Origin: Escherichia phage MN01
Sequence record: MT129652.1
Direction: 5' to 3' (one strand)
DNA: 64,000 bases
This document shows, one piece after another, positions 43,609-55,623 of this stretch (positions within the stretch are counted from its first letter, which is position 1; every line of letters starts with the position of its first letter). The position numbers and the translations under genes are program-made. Under the pieces are notes generated by a model that ran no database searches, had not been told where the DNA came from, and was given only the letters and a program-made list of their open reading frames with translations.

Positions 43609-46600
43609 TTACCTTTACCTGTGTAGGGTCTTTCGGGTCGCGTGGATTACCAATATCATCCTTAAGACGTTGATTAACCAAATTGCGCCAGTTAGCAAAA
43701 GTCACGGCAGACTGGTCAAACAATGGACTGTATTTTTTACGACGTTCAGACGGGAGAGTCCCATGAAAATCTGAAAAATCGTTTTCGGCATCATAATCTG
43801 CTGGTAATGGGAATGGTAAACCTGCATTAGGAGCAATATTATATACTGCTTCACCTGTAACAGGACTATGCTCAATGTTTCCATCGGCCCCAATAACTGC
43901 GATACGGTCACACCATTCTGACGGAATACCCGACGACCAACGATAGTTGTTCAGTTTATTGATAATGGTTTCTGTATGTTTTAATGACAGACCAGCATTA
44001 ACAAACATTGTCAATAATGTAATTCCAACGAATCCAAATCCAACCGGATGAACAAATCGCAATACGTCATTACGATAACGAGATGTTGGGAGACTTGATT
44101 TAATGGTCATTACATAGTAAGAACGATTTCGGTTGATATAATCGATGTTGTTGCTAAGTAATTCTTTCCCACGAACACCCTGAACAATCATGCCTTCAAA
44201 GGAAGTCCTTTCGGATTTAATTTCTTGCCCAACAATAAAGCGACCAAGTAAGTTATGAATCGTGATACGCCATCTCAATTTACCCTGTTTATAGTCACGT
44301 TCCATATAAGTAACGTTACTGCGACCAGTTGGTGTGTAAATTGTTTGTCCAACAATATCTTCGCTGATGTTATCAGATTCGACGATTATGTCATACTCGG
44401 TTCCGTTCTTGGATTCAATATCGATTTCAACGTCTTCATTATATAACAATTTGAACAAAAACTTATAGGATGCTTCAGTCCCCTTAGTTGCCCAAAAATC
44501 AGACTGTCTTGCTTCAAAGAAACGAACTACTTCGTCACGCTTGGTCTTTGACAAATATATGTTTCTTTTGTACATTTCGCTCCAAAGGTATTCCCATGCA
44601 TCTTCCTCGCGTGGGTACTGGTTGCGAATTAAGTTCAAAAGGTTGTTATAATATGTGCCAGAGCCATCACTGATAAACTGCAAATAATATTCACAGAATT
44701 TTTCAAAGTTGCTATCCTGGAGCAAATAACTATCCGGAACCATCTTTGTTAAAAGAGGACGCAAGTCTGGGTCTTTCTCTTGTTCGTCATTATCTGGGGT
44801 CCATGGAATATCATGTTCCTGGTTCTGTAATTCTGCAGTAAACATAACTTCTTTCGGTTTCCAGATTAATCTAACTTCATCACGCATACGATAGTCAAAT
44901 TCAAAATAACCAATAAGCTCTCCAGTATTTTTGTGTAACATAATACCCGAGGCGTATTTTTTAAATCCATTGAATTCGATGTTAGGAGAAGTAACTTTTA
45001 CTTGACCTTTATTCCAGTATTCGTGTACAATACGTTCAGGGGATGAACCACCAAAGGTATCGATAATCTTTTGATACAGCATGTCATTATATACAACCAG
45101 AGCTCTGTCTGATGTGGTAATCCAACAACGAGTATCATCACGACGAGACCAGTTAAAGAACGGTTCAGCATAATATGACATACGTCCAGGTTTAAACTCT
45201 TCCCAACCTGAATCTTTATTCGACCTAAAACTCATCATCAAATAATGCTTGTCGTGTATCCATTGTTCATCATACACATATTTGACTGCTTCGTTAACTT
45301 CTTCAGGATACTTAATGGGGAGTTCGGTATCTGGTTCAACGGAATAACGGAAATTACTTGAACTGATAAAAAGTTCAATTCCATCAGTTGACATGCTTGT
45401 GTAGCCATGTTCAATACGACGGCGTTCATCCTCTGTATTGCCAAAAACTCGTGTCCATGTATCAGTATCGGTATTTAATTTATAAACGCCCTTTGATAAT
45501 GAATCAATAACGTTTTCGGGTTTAGTCGGGTCTTGGCGTTCTTCCTTTACTTCACCCGTGATTAATGCAAACACTTCACCGTCAATTGAATCCATCTTAT
45601 AACAAACAGCTTTTGGGTTACCACTTATTGTGCTATATCCAGCTTCAAATAATTTTTCACCAAACGTTGGGGAGTTAGGGTCATTATCAATTGGAGCATC
45701 CGAAGATTTAGCTTTGTACACGCGGTCACGGCCGGCAACGTAAATCATGGAATCGGTGGTAGTAATTGCTTCGGCAATTGTCGAGATATATGCCGGGAGT
45801 CTTGCGTATGTGCCAAATATTTCAATATCAAATCCGAGATTGATATCCGAACCAATTTTTGCAAATGTTATATCTTGAGAACTGAATCGAACATCATCAG
45901 CAGACCATCTTATGTCACTTGATTTGCGGCCGTAAAAAATTCGGTCATATCCGAGTACGTAAGTTGTCGTATCTGATTGATAATAAATTGTGCGCGATAC
46001 CGGGTTACCGATACGGTCATTAAACAATTTTACATAATACCAGTTCTGCCCTTTATCATTGGAGACTTTGACAGTTGTCTGGAATCGTTCAAACAAATAC
46101 AGTACGCCACCAAGTTCAGCAATCATTGTACGATTAACATCATTACACACCGGCTGAATACTACCCTGAATTTCGTGATATTGGTCTTCTTTTAATACAT
46201 AGTTTGAAATTGAAGACAAATGAGAATAAGCAGGAGTAAAGCTAAAATCTTCAGACATCAGCGATGCCATAATTGCATCATTATTAAAGTTGATATAAGC
46301 CTGGTTATTGTTTGTGAATTTTTCTTCGATGAATTTATTTGTTAATGTAAATTCACGCATGTGCTCAAATGTGTATGCGTTAGTTGCAAAGGTTTCAAAT
46401 TCTTCGGTATAAACCCAATCAGATTGTTCAAAACCCATTGCTGCAACAGCAACACGCATTTTGTAAAATGATACTGGACGAATAAAATCTTGTTCGAACC
46501 ATTCATTGTCTGGAGTATAACCTAAATTCCTCCATAAAAGATTTTCTTCTGGAATAGCAACACCATTTTCTTTTGTCGTAGCAATCTCAACAAAATAATA

Positions 46601-46699
46601 AAAGTTGGCGCCAACATTATCCCATTTTATGCTAACCTGGTTAGCAGATAGTTTATCAATCCGTAAGCTGGTTACATAAGGGGCTTTAACACTCATCAT
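43601..46699 (-). CDS. 7: baseplate wedge protein gp7
   Basis: About 1032 aa from internal Met (MMSVKAPYVTSL...), strong resemblance to T4 gp7. Confidence 0.9.
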   Translation of the reverse strand: MMSVKAPYVTSLRIDKLSANQVSIKWDNVGANFYYFVEIATTKENGVAIPEENLLWRNLGYTPDNEWFEQDFIRPVSFYKMRVAVAAMGFEQSDWVYTEEFETFATNAYTFEHMREFTLTNKFIEEKFTNNNQAYINFNNDAIMASLMSEDFSFTPAYSHLSSISNYVLKEDQYHEIQGSIQPVCNDVNRTMIAELGGVLYLFERFQTTVKVSNDKGQNWYYVKLFNDRIGNPVSRTIYYQSDTTTYVLGYDRIFYGRKSSDIRWSADDVRFSSQDITFAKIGSDINLGFDIEIFGTYARLPAYISTIAEAITTTDSMIYVAGRDRVYKAKSSDAPIDNDPNSPTFGEKLFEAGYSTISGNPKAVCYKMDSIDGEVFALITGEVKEERQDPTKPENVIDSLSKGVYKLNTDTDTWTRVFGNTEDERRRIEHGYTSMSTDGIELFISSSNFRYSVEPDTELPIKYPEEVNEAVKYVYDEQWIHDKHYLMMSFRSNKDSGWEEFKPGRMSYYAEPFFNWSRRDDTRCWITTSDRALVVYNDMLYQKIIDTFGGSSPERIVHEYWNKGQVKVTSPNIEFNGFKKYASGIMLHKNTGELIGYFEFDYRMRDEVRLIWKPKEVMFTAELQNQEHDIPWTPDNDEQEKDPDLRPLLTKMVPDSYLLQDSNFEKFCEYYLQFISDGSGTYYNNLLNLIRNQYPREEDAWEYLWSEMYKRNIYLSKTKRDEVVRFFEARQSDFWATKGTEASYKFLFKLLYNEDVEIDIESKNGTEYDIIVESDNISEDIVGQTIYTPTGRSNVTYMERDYKQGKLRWRITIHNLLGRFIVGQEIKSERTSFEGMIVQGVRGKELLSNNIDYINRNRSYYVMTIKSSLPTSRYRNDVLRFVHPVGFGFVGITLLTMFVNAGLSLKHTETIINKLNNYRWSSGIPSEWCDRIAVIGADGNIEHSPVTGEAVYNIAPNAGLPFPLPADYDAENDFSDFHGTLPSERRKKYSPLFDQSAVTFANWRNLVNQRLKDDIGNPRDPKDPTQVKVNE

Positions 46700-46711
46700 G
46701 GTTTCCTTAAA

Positions 46712-46727
46712 AAGCCTCCGAAGAGGC
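46712..46727 (-). terminator. hairpin with T-run between gene 6 stop and gene 7 start
   Basis: AGCCTC-CGAA-GAGGCT; on the minus strand followed by TTTTT and an AAGGAAA RBS. Confidence 0.45.
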
Positions 46728-48674
46728 TTATAGTGTAATTGGTTCAAGGTCAATCTTTGTATATTGCGGACGAAGGTCATTCTCAAATACAATCAGTGAA
46801 CCATCTTGCGTGTATATATTATCTTGGTTGGGACTTGCATAAAGTTCGATTGATTGAACTTCAAAGCGTTCGGAGGTCAATCCAATCGCGGCGATATCCC
46901 AAAAAATATAATCAGAGTAATAGTCAATTTCGCCAATTGCGTAATAAACTGTTTGGTCAGCCGGAGCTTCCATTTTATTAAAGTCATCTTGTAGGTAAGG
47001 CTGGATGTTTACGTTTTCAATAACATCGCCAGGACGGAATGGACCAATTACCATTTTACCATCACCACGAGAATCTTTATCAGTTGCAACAATGCGGACG
47101 TTATAGGCTTCACCCGTGGTCGGAACAAATTCAAATTCACTTGATTCGACTGAACGGTTGCCATACTGGTTATAGTATTTAATGCCAGATTCCGGAGTCT
47201 TAAAGAAGTTCAGGACTTCACGCACCATCGAAATGGTTGCAGACGAGCCAAGAATACTATGGTCGGTATTATCCACATATGTAAGCATTTTTGACTTAGC
47301 AAAACTTCTGTTAAAGATTTCAACTTCATCGATATAATAACGGTCAATCTGATTAATGATTTGTGCTTGCAACCATTGTTCAGATTCTTGTAATTTGTTC
47401 AGCGCATAAGACACTTTGATATTATGTTTAAGGAACAAATAATCCGGAGAAATTACCGATGGTGTAATTGTTGATACGTTGAACTCGCTAAGGTAGTTCT
47501 GGATGTCCTCACGCTGCACTGCAGTGAGATACAAGCCCGATTTAGGCTTAACTGATATAAACGCATACCCAGGTTTATTTGCGTCTGTAAACGTCTGTAC
47601 GGCTTGCACGATTGAGCCAAATCTTTCGGATACGAAGGTATCATAATCCGTTCCGGTGACAGCACGCATCTGCGCCTCACGTTTAACAACAGCCAGTTCA
47701 CGGATACGTTCGATATCTTCTGGGTCACCACCGCCATCGGCACCGACATAATCAGGGTCGTTATTATAGTTTTCGGTAATTTTATCCACTGTAATATAAG
47801 ACAAAGTATCAGCATAACTGAAATCAACAGCGCCGTTTGCATCTGCCCCGGAGGTACGGAGATACTCAATAACAATTGTTGAATCTTGTACAGGTTTAAG
47901 ACCGCCAATATAGTTGGCTTCCATAACGCCACCGGCCACAGATTTGGTGGATTCACCTTCACCGAAGAAAAATTCGGTATAGCCATCGATTGTTTCACGC
48001 ATATAAAATATGGTGGAAGTCGAACCAGCGTGAACCATTGATTTGTTCGTCCAGTCATTCCACTCAACACCGTTCACGTATAACTTAACTTCTTTGCGGT
48101 CGATATCCGGGTCGCGAATAAGAATAGGTTGTTTTGGGTCATATAAAAGTTCTGTACGAATAATACGGCCCTGTGCCAGAGATACAATCGGAAGGTATTG
48201 GTTGTTAATATCTTTAACCGCGATAACGTTTGCCGTGGTAACAAAAACATAGGGGTCAGCTGATGTATCACGAGCATAAGCCAGGAATTTAGTTCCTCGT
48301 GGGATTTCAATATTCGATGGTTGCAGAGCATGAGAACATGTCAGCATAACCGAAGTTTTTGCAGCCGAGCGAGAAGATGGAAGATAACCATTATCCTGTG
48401 CAGCCTGAACAACTGAAGACCTTAAGTTTGCAGTTCCGATAAATGATTCGTAAACTGCCGTGTTAGCAAACTGTTGCATATACAATGTATTATATGCAAG
48501 CATATCAATCAGGATATTCATTCGCGAACCTACGAAATCATAATCCTTAAATTCATCCTGGCTTGATAACCAGTCGATGATGTTCTTTTTAATTTCTTCA
48601 AACGTAGCTCCCACAAATACTTTTGGGATAGCGTTAACGGTTCTTGTTAATTGGTAATTCGTAGGAGTAGCCAT
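46728..48674 (-). CDS. 6: baseplate wedge protein gp6
   Basis: 648 aa (T4 gp6 660 aa); synteny. Confidence 0.85.
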   Translation of the reverse strand: MATPTNYQLTRTVNAIPKVFVGATFEEIKKNIIDWLSSQDEFKDYDFVGSRMNILIDMLAYNTLYMQQFANTAVYESFIGTANLRSSVVQAAQDNGYLPSSRSAAKTSVMLTCSHALQPSNIEIPRGTKFLAYARDTSADPYVFVTTANVIAVKDINNQYLPIVSLAQGRIIRTELLYDPKQPILIRDPDIDRKEVKLYVNGVEWNDWTNKSMVHAGSTSTIFYMRETIDGYTEFFFGEGESTKSVAGGVMEANYIGGLKPVQDSTIVIEYLRTSGADANGAVDFSYADTLSYITVDKITENYNNDPDYVGADGGGDPEDIERIRELAVVKREAQMRAVTGTDYDTFVSERFGSIVQAVQTFTDANKPGYAFISVKPKSGLYLTAVQREDIQNYLSEFNVSTITPSVISPDYLFLKHNIKVSYALNKLQESEQWLQAQIINQIDRYYIDEVEIFNRSFAKSKMLTYVDNTDHSILGSSATISMVREVLNFFKTPESGIKYYNQYGNRSVESSEFEFVPTTGEAYNVRIVATDKDSRGDGKMVIGPFRPGDVIENVNIQPYLQDDFNKMEAPADQTVYYAIGEIDYYSDYIFWDIAAIGLTSERFEVQSIELYASPNQDNIYTQDGSLIVFENDLRPQYTKIDLEPITL

Positions 48675-48682
48675 TTTATTTC

Positions 48683-48976
48683 CTATTTTATAAAGACTTT
48701 TGACGAGGCTTGAGCCACAGTATCACCACATGAAATCGGGTCTGCCATTTGAACAGCTTTCTTACCGGTAACAAATACCTTTGATGTGCGCGGTTGTGTT
48801 ACTCCGCCATGAGTTTCATATGGTTTTTTAATTTCGGTATGCTCGGTAATAGGGTCTCCGGCAACTAATACTGGAATTCCCCCGGTGAATACTTTACCTT
48901 GAGTTGCATTAATTACAGTCGGCGGCCATGCTTCGTGACCTGCTGTAACACATTGATTAAAACTTAATCCAGCCAT
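48683..48976 (-). CDS. 5.4: baseplate spike tip PAAR-type protein gp5.4
   Basis: 97 aa, same as T4 gp5.4; position between 5 and 6. Confidence 0.75.
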   Translation of the reverse strand: MAGLSFNQCVTAGHEAWPPTVINATQGKVFTGGIPVLVAGDPITEHTEIKKPYETHGGVTQPRTSKVFVTGKKAVQMADPISCGDTVAQASSKVFIK

Positions 48977-49557
48977 TAATCCCTCGCGTATACGTATGAA
49001 CGCAATTTATCCGCCCATCTTGACCAGTTGCCAACGATAGTTTTTGTGTAAACTTTTGTCATTGTCTTTCTTACTGGAGCAGGAGGTGGGTCGGTCTCAT
49101 TAACTGTACGGCTATTACTGCCCCCAGAGTTCCCTGTGTCTCCACCAGAGCTCTCTTCTTGAAAGTCATAGGTTAGGGTTACCGTGTATGAAAAGACCTT
49201 CTGGAGACTCGCTGGGGCCCTCCAGAGATACAATTGAGTACTCTTATCGGTAGGAAGGTCTTCCCATGAACCAGCAGTTTTGAATTCATCATTAAGCCGA
49301 TATTTAAGTGCATCATCTGCAAATCCGAACACGGATTCATAAACACCATAAAGATGATTTCCCTCAACATTAATGCCAGGGGTGGCCTCATATTCAGTTA
49401 TATTTATTTCGACTAATGTTTCGTTTGTTTCTAATTGAGCTGTAAACGTAACATCGATTGAGGCTCCTTCCATGGAGTCTCCTAAGTCAGTGCTCATTGG
49501 AAGTATATTAGCCAATGTCAATCCTCGAACCATCAATAGTATATTGTCCAGACGCAA
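48976..49557 (-). CDS. hypothetical protein (gene 5.1 position); start uncertain
   Basis: ORF overlapping the gp5 3' end; a later Met is likely the real start. Confidence 0.45.
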   Translation of the reverse strand: MRLDNILLMVRGLTLANILPMSTDLGDSMEGASIDVTFTAQLETNETLVEINITEYEATPGINVEGNHLYGVYESVFGFADDALKYRLNDEFKTAGSWEDLPTDKSTQLYLWRAPASLQKVFSYTVTLTYDFQEESSGGDTGNSGGSNSRTVNETDPPPAPVRKTMTKVYTKTIVGNWSRWADKLRSYVYARD

Positions 49558-51250
49558 TAGAACTCATTGTGGACATTGTTTCGGACCAGTTGCCAGCTAC
49601 AGTCATATCAACGTTTCCGTTAACGGACCATTTGACATTACCGTTTACCGTATAATCATGGTTACCTTCGACCAAAGTTTTTGCATCACCTTTGACAGTT
49701 ATTTCAGCATTACCTTCGACAAGAATACTTACATTACCTTTGACAATAATTGTACCATCGCCTTCGATAGTTTTGGTTTCATTCCCTCTGATATGAATAC
49801 TTTCGTTTCCATCGGTCTGACGACGAACGTTAGCCATATTATAATAGGTTTCATCACCGCCAACGTTGACTTTATTATTCCCGCCAACATAAGTGCTTGA
49901 ATCGCCCTGGGTCATATAATAGCCATCGGCTACCGTCTTCGAAGTCTTACGACCATCTGGGGCAACTTCCTCATAGGAACCGGTCGGGTGAATCAGTCGA
50001 TAACGTTCTTGTCCTGGAGTGTTATCGAATTCCTGAACATGTCCGCCTTCAGTTTGCATTGTCTGCACGTAAGGATATTCGCCCTTGTAACTTGATTCTG
50101 GCTCTTTAAACAGAATCCTCGTATCTTCTGGAGTCCACGGGTCGGCTGGGTCGGAATTTGTAGGGGCTGCAAAGGTTTGAATCATTCTATATGAACGCCC
50201 GTTAAATGACCTTTCTTTAGGGGCCATAATACCATATGATTCCATGTTACCTGTGAGGATAATCATTGATACCCTTGATGCACGGCCTTTAGTTTGGTTA
50301 AACCATACAGAATCACGAGCGGCATCAAATGCTTTCTTATAATCTCCGGCTAACATTGCAGCGAGCATCGTTTTAAATTTAGCAAGCCCACCCAATCCCA
50401 TTTGGAAAGCCATGTTTTCAAGAGCCATTTGTCTCGAACGGTTTTCTTTATTGTAAACTGGACCCACAACACTATGCCGACCTATATCGTTTTGGACTTT
50501 TTTAAGGTCTTCTTGGAATAATTTAGAGGCCTCGTCCATTGATATTGCACCAGGGTTACCTTTAACTTCACGACCTATTTGATTAGATAATATTTTGTTT
50601 ATCTGATTCATATCTCTAATAGGTTGTGGTGCAATTAAGTGCCCTATACCTATAGTAGGATAACCTTCAGTGTCCCAATATACTTTCAGACGAAGACCTT
50701 CATCGCGGTGAAGCATATTTTCAATTGTGAAATTAGGATTATCATCTGGCTTAACTTGACTCAAATCAAGGCCGTCAGGGTTAATACCAAGGTCAAGGTT
50801 TGCATCCTGAATTACGTTCGAAGTTGCATCATAACCGACCTCACCGCCTCGGTTAAGCGCAGCAGCATCATTACCTACATAAAGTGGATATTGCCCTGTG
50901 GGGTCACTAAAACCTTCTGTTGTGTTTGCCTTCTGTCTTGATGCTGAGCCATATGTACCAAGGACCAATCCATTGAGCTTCCACTTGTCCAAAAAGTGAC
51001 CATATACTTGAGTACCCGGGACCATACCAGTCATGGCAGTTTGAATACCGGAAACCGATGCAGATGATGTTGGCATCAATACGGACATCCATGGCAGGTC
51101 TTCAGTTCTGATACCTTTTACAGGCCCTTGTGATTTCTCATATGGATGCATACCCCATACACGAACACGAACACGACCTTGTTGAAGTGGGTCCATTCGG
51201 TCTTCGACAACACCGACGAACCAACTTACACTATCTGACATATTAATCAT
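49508..51250 (-). CDS. 5: baseplate hub and tail lysozyme gp5
   Basis: 580 aa (T4 gp5 575 aa); lysozyme-like central region and C-terminal beta-helix repeats (VxGN-type). Confidence 0.9.
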   Translation of the reverse strand: MINMSDSVSWFVGVVEDRMDPLQQGRVRVRVWGMHPYEKSQGPVKGIRTEDLPWMSVLMPTSSASVSGIQTAMTGMVPGTQVYGHFLDKWKLNGLVLGTYGSASRQKANTTEGFSDPTGQYPLYVGNDAAALNRGGEVGYDATSNVIQDANLDLGINPDGLDLSQVKPDDNPNFTIENMLHRDEGLRLKVYWDTEGYPTIGIGHLIAPQPIRDMNQINKILSNQIGREVKGNPGAISMDEASKLFQEDLKKVQNDIGRHSVVGPVYNKENRSRQMALENMAFQMGLGGLAKFKTMLAAMLAGDYKKAFDAARDSVWFNQTKGRASRVSMIILTGNMESYGIMAPKERSFNGRSYRMIQTFAAPTNSDPADPWTPEDTRILFKEPESSYKGEYPYVQTMQTEGGHVQEFDNTPGQERYRLIHPTGSYEEVAPDGRKTSKTVADGYYMTQGDSSTYVGGNNKVNVGGDETYYNMANVRRQTDGNESIHIRGNETKTIEGDGTIIVKGNVSILVEGNAEITVKGDAKTLVEGNHDYTVNGNVKWSVNGNVDMTVAGNWSETMSTMSSIASGQYTIDGSRIDIG

Positions 51251-51849
51251 AATGACTTCTCCATTTCACGAATTAATGCCGAAATAAATGATTCGATATC
51301 ATTAGGGTCGATTATCTTTATTTCTCGTTTATATTCATTTTTGCGAATAGCATCTTCGTAGATATCCACTGCAGCTAATGGGCCTTCATACTGTGGGTAT
51401 AATTTGTTCTTATCACCTTTATCGTACCATGTGTATGGATTATCAGGATAAGAAACAAGATTCCAGAATTTTTCACCGTCTTCATTTACATGATAAAGAA
51501 CCTGATTACCACCTATATTCGAATAGCGTTGAATTGATGCCTGATACGATGATTCTTGCGAACATATCCAACCATAATAAGGGTCATAGATATTATTAAG
51601 CATAAGGAGAACCCAATAGAGTTGAGTATTACCATAGAGCTGATATGCAAGTTCTTCAGGTCTCGGAGCTCCGGCGATGTAATATGTTTTCGGTGTATAA
51701 TTAACCGCGACCTTATCAAAATATGCACGATAGTTTCTGAAGATGTCAGTCATTGGGATGCTTAAGACGTCTTCTTTCGTTAATGATGCCGAGTTTTTTC
51801 TGATTGTTTTAGCATCATAATCAATTGGGTTAAAAAATGAAAAAAGCAT
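51247..51849 (-). CDS. 53: baseplate wedge protein gp53
   Basis: Close match to T4 gp53 as recalled from MLFSFFNPIDYDAKT; ATGA overlap with gp5. Confidence 0.85.
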   Translation of the reverse strand: MLFSFFNPIDYDAKTIRKNSASLTKEDVLSIPMTDIFRNYRAYFDKVAVNYTPKTYYIAGAPRPEELAYQLYGNTQLYWVLLMLNNIYDPYYGWICSQESSYQASIQRYSNIGGNQVLYHVNEDGEKFWNLVSYPDNPYTWYDKGDKNKLYPQYEGPLAAVDIYEDAIRKNEYKREIKIIDPNDIESFISALIREMEKSL

Positions 51850-51861
51850 AAAGCCTCCATT

Positions 51862-51869
51862 TATAAATA
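51862..51869 (+). promoter_or_regulatory. late promoter for gene 4
   Basis: TATAAATA about 28 nt upstream of the gp4 ATG, with GGAGG RBS. Confidence 0.6.
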
Positions 51870-51897
51870 AGTATATCAATATTTATTAGGAGGCTAT

Positions 51898-52347
51898 ATG
51901 GCATACTCCGGGAAATTTAAGCCCACTAATATAGAAAAATATAAGGGCGACTGGAAGAAAATACAATACCGGTCAAGTTGGGAGGCTTGGCTGATGAGAT
52001 GGCTCGACAACCATCCGAACGTTGTTCAATGGGGTTCTGAGACTGTCATTATTCCCTACTTTAGCAATGCCGATGGTAAAAAGCGCAGATATTATATGGA
52101 TTTCTGGGTTAAGTTCGATACGGGACAACAGTTCTTTTTCGAAGTTAAGCCATTAAAAGAAACAAGACCTCCAGCCAAGCCAGTTAATAATACAGCCGCG
52201 AGTAAAAAGAGATTTATTAACGAGATGTACACCTGGAGCGTTAACTCTGACAAATGGAAAGCTGCGCAAGCTACCGCAGATAAAATGGGTATAACGTTCA
52301 GGATAATCACTGAAAACTCACTGAAAAAATTAGGATGGAAAGGATGA
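51898..52347 (+). CDS. 4: head completion protein gp4
   Basis: 149 aa (T4 gp4 150 aa); synteny 4-2-3-1. Confidence 0.8.
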   Translation: MAYSGKFKPTNIEKYKGDWKKIQYRSSWEAWLMRWLDNHPNVVQWGSETVIIPYFSNADGKKRRYYMDFWVKFDTGQQFFFEVKPLKETRPPAKPVNNTAASKKRFINEMYTWSVNSDKWKAAQATADKMGITFRIITENSLKKLGWKG

Positions 52348-53168
52348 GTATTTTTACATTTATCAATGAATCTGCAGATAAACCAGGTCCGAAACCCAGT
52401 AAATCCGAACAACAATGGGTTGAGATAGGGGTTGAATTTTATACAGCAAAAGAAAAAGGAATGACCTCGAAGAAGTTTGCTGAAGAGAAAGGAATCAACT
52501 ATTCGACCTTTACCAAAAGCATGTCAAGATATCATTCGAGAATTCAGACTGCTTATAAAGTATCCAAGCTCAAAAAGAAACCTGCTGGTAAACTTACGAA
52601 GGCTGAACGCCAGCTGATAATGGTGAATAGCTTTAGGAAGAGCATAAGAGATAAGATTGCCAACGAAGGCGCTGCAAGCAACACCAAATCTGCCAGATGG
52701 TTCGCAGAGACAATTAAGAAATCAGTTCGCGGACACGTAACGGCTAAACCTCAACCAGGTAAACTTTATGCTTATATCTATGATGCAAAGCATAAGGATA
52801 CTCTTCCATACTGGGACAAATATCCGTTAATCATTTATCTTGGTCTAGGTAAGCATAATTTGATGTATGGTTTGAACTTGCACTATATTCCACCAAAGGC
52901 ACGTCAAGAGTTCCTTGAGGAACTTCTTAAGCAATATGCTAATACTCCTACGATTACTAACAAGACTCATCTGAAGATTGATTGGTCAAAGGTGAAGGGA
53001 TTTAAAGGGGCTGACCAGATGATTAAAGCATATATACCTGGCAATATAAAAGGTACTATCACTGAAATCAAGCCCAGCGACTGGGCAAACGTTGTTATGC
53101 TTCCGTTGCAACAATTTATGTCGAAAGGCAAAAGATTCTCTTCACAGAAAGTATGGAGAAATTCATAA
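52335..53168 (+). CDS. 2: DNA end protector protein gp2
   Basis: 277 aa (T4 gp2 274 aa); basic; synteny. Confidence 0.75.
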   Translation: MERMSIFTFINESADKPGPKPSKSEQQWVEIGVEFYTAKEKGMTSKKFAEEKGINYSTFTKSMSRYHSRIQTAYKVSKLKKKPAGKLTKAERQLIMVNSFRKSIRDKIANEGAASNTKSARWFAETIKKSVRGHVTAKPQPGKLYAYIYDAKHKDTLPYWDKYPLIIYLGLGKHNLMYGLNLHYIPPKARQEFLEELLKQYANTPTITNKTHLKIDWSKVKGFKGADQMIKAYIPGNIKGTITEIKPSDWANVVMLPLQQFMSKGKRFSSQKVWRNS

Positions 53169-53203
53169 TCTATTATCGGTCAGTGTTATTGGTAAGGACA
53201 AAA

Positions 53204-53241
53204 GGTCTAGAACCATTATAACACTGATTGTTTTAAAGCAA
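53204..53241 (-). promoter_or_regulatory. middle-promoter module on the minus strand, antisense to gene 2
   Basis: Minus strand reads TTTGCTTTA (MotA-box-like), 13 nt spacer, TATAAT, GGTTCTAGACC: the same module as at 9650, 18046 and 28204. Confidence 0.45.
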
Positions 53242-53253
53242 ACAAGGTGCATT

Positions 53254-53853
53254 ATGTCAGGTTTATATAATCAAACTAACACGACTAACTTTATATTAGA
53301 GGTAAGCGATTCAAACCTCACACAGACCTTTAAACTCAACGTTCAAGACGTTACCCTCCCTGGAGTTCACATCCCTGTGACAGATGTCCCTGGTGGAACA
53401 CAAGGTATAAATCGCTCCAGTCTTCCTGGTAGTACAATAGAATTCGACCCGCTGATTGTTAACTTTCTGTGTGACAAAGACCTAAGAGCATGGCTTGACA
53501 TTTATAAATGGATGCTCTCGCTCAACAACTACATCACACACGAATCAAAAGCATGGCATCCGAAGGGTCGCCCCGAAGCGGTCACGCTTCATATCTTAGA
53601 TAATAACAAGGACAAAATTGTCATGTCAATCCATTACTATGGGGCATGGCCGTCCGACCTGTCAGAGATTCAGTACTCATATAAAGAAGATTCTGACCCG
53701 GCTATCAATGCAACAGCAACTTTTAACTTTAAGTCTTTTGCTGTAGAAATTGATGGTATAATAATAGAAGGTAGACCACAGATTGATAGTAATGCAGCAA
53801 TGCAACAGGAAATCAGGTCTAAGTCAATGCATCCATCTATGAGAAACGTATGA
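53254..53853 (+). CDS. 3: tail completion / sheath stabilizer protein gp3
   Basis: About 199 aa from ATG at 53254; synteny between 2 and 1. Confidence 0.7.
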   Translation: MSGLYNQTNTTNFILEVSDSNLTQTFKLNVQDVTLPGVHIPVTDVPGGTQGINRSSLPGSTIEFDPLIVNFLCDKDLRAWLDIYKWMLSLNNYITHESKAWHPKGRPEAVTLHILDNNKDKIVMSIHYYGAWPSDLSEIQYSYKEDSDPAINATATFNFKSFAVEIDGIIIEGRPQIDSNAAMQQEIRSKSMHPSMRNV

Positions 53854-54526
53854 AATTAATTGCGATTGTGGGTAAAAAACGCAGTGGTAAAGATACGACT
53901 GCTGATTATGTTATTAGTCAAAATGGAACAAAGTGGCAGCTTGCAGGTCCGATTAAAGAAGCGCTTTATAAAGCGTGGATTCGTCAAGACCTGCCACACA
54001 ATTTGACCCTGGAAAATTTTGATGGACAAGGTTACGACCGTGAAAAAACCTTGATAATGAACAACACCGAAGCTTATATTCTTCTGGTTGATGCTCTTGA
54101 ATGGTTGAAACAACAATACAATCTTGACCTTCCTAATCCAGATATGGTTCGTAAAATCATTGAATTTCACACACTAAATAATGTTGAGCCCTGGACAGTT
54201 AGACGTTTCATGCAGACCCTTGGAACTGACATCGTTTGTACAGAGTTCGACAGCATGTTTTGGATTAAAACTTTTGCGTGCGATTATCTTGACAACCTCT
54301 ATTCTGGATATAAATATTACGTTGTCCCAGATGTTCGCCAAAAGAACGAACTTGATTCGCTTCGGGCGATGGGTGCTACAATAATCTTTGTAGAACGCGA
54401 TGAAGCAAATCATTCTACTGATACACACATTACGGAAGCTGGACTTCCACCACTAGCTAGTGACATTGTTATTAAAAACGATGGCACACTCGAAGAACTT
54501 TTTGATAAAATTAATAAGGTAATATA

Positions 54527-54527
<1 letters not shown>
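53850..54527 (+). CDS. 1: deoxynucleoside monophosphate kinase gp1
   Basis: P-loop GKKRSGKDT near the N-terminus; 225 aa; synteny. Confidence 0.85.
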
Positions 54528-55217
<690 letters not shown>

Positions 55218-55218
<1 letters not shown>

Positions 55219-55257
55219 TGTACAAATGAGTGTAGGTGCAGTATTATGTTCCTACAC
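55218..55257 (+). promoter_or_regulatory. early promoter with stem-loop (PeSL-like) upstream of the IP array
   Basis: GTGTAC -35, 18 nt spacer, TATTAT -10 embedded in GTGTAGG...CCTACAC inverted repeat. Confidence 0.55.
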
Positions 55258-55282
55258 CAATGAATGAACAAACGGAGTTAAA

Positions 55283-55615
55283 ATGAACCTCAAGACTTAT
55301 AACGAGTTTTTAGCTGAATCCGCCATCAATGAGACCAAATCAATTGATGATAGTGAAGGCTCTCTGAAATTTGGTTTAACCAAAAATGCAGATGGTGTTT
55401 TCTTTCAGATTGGTAATGAACGTTTTCAAACGTCCAAATATTCCAAAGCTGCAGTTGAAGCTGTCCTGAAATCTGGTGGCAAGTGGAAAGGCAAAGAAGG
55501 TACTAAAGAAATTGGTATCGCTGTTGACGGCGGTATGGCTTATTTTAAAATTGGCGATGAACAATTTATTATGTCTGCTCGCGGACGTAAAGAACTGGCA
55601 AAACTTTATAAATAA
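55283..55615 (+). CDS. internal-protein-like, capsid-targeting-sequence-bearing protein 1
   Basis: N-terminus MNLKTYNEFLAE|S resembles the T4 IP capsid targeting sequence with an L-x-E gp21-type cleavage site. Confidence 0.65.
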   Translation: MNLKTYNEFLAESAINETKSIDDSEGSLKFGLTKNADGVFFQIGNERFQTSKYSKAAVEAVLKSGGKWKGKEGTKEIGIAVDGGMAYFKIGDEQFIMSARGRKELAKLYK

Positions 55616-55623
55616 GGTTTCTT

